From Ptychomitrium polyphyllum (lineage: Eukaryota), in the NCBI GenBank assembly GCA_973851085.1, contig OZ316776.1, forward strand, positions 2,914,001-2,978,000: a stretch of 64,000 nucleotides of DNA, written 5' to 3'. A program made the position numbers and the translations under genes. Below the pieces are notes generated by a model. That model made no database searches and had not been told where the DNA came from. It worked only from the letters and a program-made list of their open reading frames with translations. Positions 61,507 through 64,000 of the stretch are shown here, in pieces; within the stretch, counting starts at the first letter, position 1; each line of letters opens with the position of its first letter.

Positions 61507-64000
61507 TTATGTTATATTCTGCCAAGCGTGGCGTGCACGTCAGTGAGGGCAACCGCACAGCATTGGTTTTCTGGTTTTTGGATGCTGACGTGGCGTCTCT
61601 TTGGGCTGAAGTTTGGTTCTCCCAGTGTCGAGGCGTGTCCGAGTAGTTTGGAAAGCCGTTGTGATACACGTGTTATACCCGCGGTAACTCCCAGTGGCTC
61701 TGGCATCATGTCTCTTCGGTATCATGTTCTCCGTTGTTAGGGTTCAGGATCCTTTTTACCATGCACGGAGTAGGTTTTTGTCGCTACGCGAGTATTACTC
61801 GGGTATGACAGGGTATCAGCGTTTTATCAAAGGAATATGGCGCAGCAATATGTGTGTAATTTTTTCCTTCACAATTCTACTGCAGCTGAATCAACCGTCG
61901 CATGGCATGCAACAGTCTCTCCCATGCACACAAACCCTGTAAACCCCTTCGCTCATAGACCCTGCAGGCCACACTTAGCCAGAATGAAAACCATCCACTA
62001 GACGATAAAAACCATCAACCCGGAGGACGACCAACACTATAAGTCATCCACCGAGATCAGCCCCATCTGATAAATCATCCATCCGAGAGTAGTCATCCAA
62101 CCGAGCGTGGTCTTGCATCCTTGGAATCATTCATCTGAGAGTGATGGACGAACGGAGAATCATCCTGAGGATGAAATACGTCAGAGAGCAGGACTGAGAA
62201 GCGTGGAAGCGCCGAAGGGAGGCTGGCTATCGAGGTGGCAGGCGTTGAAGTGCGAGAAGGCATGGCAGACGAGAAGATCTGAGGGCGGAGCTGCAACCTT
62301 GTGGGAGCTGCGGCTTCACTGCAATCATCGTGGTAGCTCTTTGTCACGTTGCACTTGCGGGTGCAGGTTGTGGAGCCACTGTTGGTGATGCAGGCTGTGG
62401 TGAGCATTCCTAGTGATGAGACTGCAAGGTGGTAGTTTTAGGTGGGAGGATCTGTTTCGTTGGGTTGTGCAAGGCCATCTTTGATGCCAATGCTGGTTTG
62501 ACAGGTTATGAGGGGGATTGTTTGTTCGTTTCGTAGCTCATTTGTGTGTAGGGCGGTGCGATTCGGATGACACCGTACGAGATGGAGGTTTGGTGATGCT
62601 TGTGTTCGCTGTGTGCATGCGCGTTTCATGTTCTGGAATTAGGGTTGTGCTGCTGCTCGCTGGAGTTGGAGATCCGGGATGGGAGTAGTTTAGGAGATTT
62701 TGGAGCTTGCGCGTGCTTTTCATGTGCTTAGTCAATTGACTGCAGTGAAGATTAGGTGTGTCTTGCATGCAGAGGAATGTGTTAGGGGTGTTCGTTGGAT
62801 GTGAGCAGGGTTTCAGGGATGATAGAGATGTTGGACATTCTGCGCAGATGTGATTAATGCCAGCTTAGTAGGCTGCGAAGAGGGGAGGGGAGAGGAGGGA
62901 CGGCGAGGTGACGGAAGCCGATACAATGTGCGTGAGAGCCTTTGCCAATGTTTCGGCTGCTTGTGGATGGCAGCTGCCGCTGCTTTCGAATTCTTTTTGG
63001 GGCAGACAAGCTTTGGGCTCCACCCGAGTGGCATTGAACCTAGGTCACTCCCCTCCCCTGCTGCCTCTTGCTTTGGTGCGTTTCTAGATCGAACGTTTTC
63101 TTGTAATTGGAGAGCTACTTTGTACAGACAGTCTCTTTTGGCACCAGCTGTGGTCTAAAAATTACGACGGAATCCAGACAGGATGACCGTGAACTGCATT
63201 AGGATTAATGCAGTATCACTTCTTGATTCCTGATCGAGACTGGGGTGTTTTGATGAATCGCGGAAAGATGGACCAGATTTCACTTTAATGGTGATGCTTG
63301 CAAAAGTTTGTCATTATTTTTTCAGTGTGTTGCAATGTTCATAACTGGCTGCGAGTGAACGTATGGTGAGGGTTAAAATCGGATGAACAGAAGGGGGTGC
63401 GATTTGGAATTTTGCAGTTGATTAAATCTGGGGTGAAGCGATCACGAAGAGCATTAAGGATTAAATGCTTCTGAGATACCTAATTATAGTGAAGCTTTCA
63501 CTTCGGGTAAAATATTTTTACGGTGTTTGACAATTTCCTTAAAGCTTGTTTGGGTGGATTCATTTTTATCACAGGCAAGTGTGTGGCTGCAAGGAGATGG
63601 ACGAGACCCTCGATTCATCGGCATGTCACTGTTGTTGCTAATGCAATTAGGAGTCAGGAGTCGCACCCCTCGGTAAGTTGTTTAGTTCCCGTACAGATCT
63701 CTGTCAATCCAGAGACTGAAGCTCTCTGTTGCTACTGTGACAGAAGCTCATTGCCTGCTTATTCCAGTCTTCGTCATTATAGGTTGGTTATTTTAGTGAG
63801 TGGTAGTTGAAGGGTTACTCGGTGATGGCTGAAGGGTAAGCGTGAGAATTGAAAGACTCCAGGACCGGGATCGAGAGAATCAAAGTGGAGAACTTAACTA
63901 CTTTTGACAGCATGAAAATGGGGAGTTCTACAGGTGCAACTTTTGAAGGAAAATAAGGGAGAGGATAAGTTTATTATACAAACTTTGGAATTCTATTAAT

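Overview
Eukaryotic land-plant nuclear DNA with GT-AG introns. A bryophyte/liverwort-type host is inferred from gene content and the retroelement clade, not proven. Gene-rich flanks carry, in order: the 3' part of an intronless HSPA12-type atypical Hsp70, an RLP51/SNC2-like LRR receptor-like protein with a long AGP-like N-terminus, an F-box/kelch-type protein, a 4-exon proline dehydrogenase, a 5-exon TGD4, mTERF4, an intronless SCD2-like gene, a GIL1/IRKI-domain protein, a 4-exon FAD-dependent oxidoreductase and a 9-exon vacuolar processing enzyme. A ~17 kb AT-rich island (~20.4-37.4 kb) holds a decayed full-length Ty3/gypsy chromovirus nested inside an older solo LTR, plus two inverted LTR relics of a related family. 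Most notable: (1) an apparently intact initiator-tRNA-Met gene body with anticodon CGU instead of CAU; (2) Tf1-type self-priming signals in two LTR families, with a compensatory base change between them; (3) a -1 frameshift signal between gag and pol; (4) the HSPA12-type gene, unusual for plants. Family assignments come from motif recognition by eye; no database searches were run.
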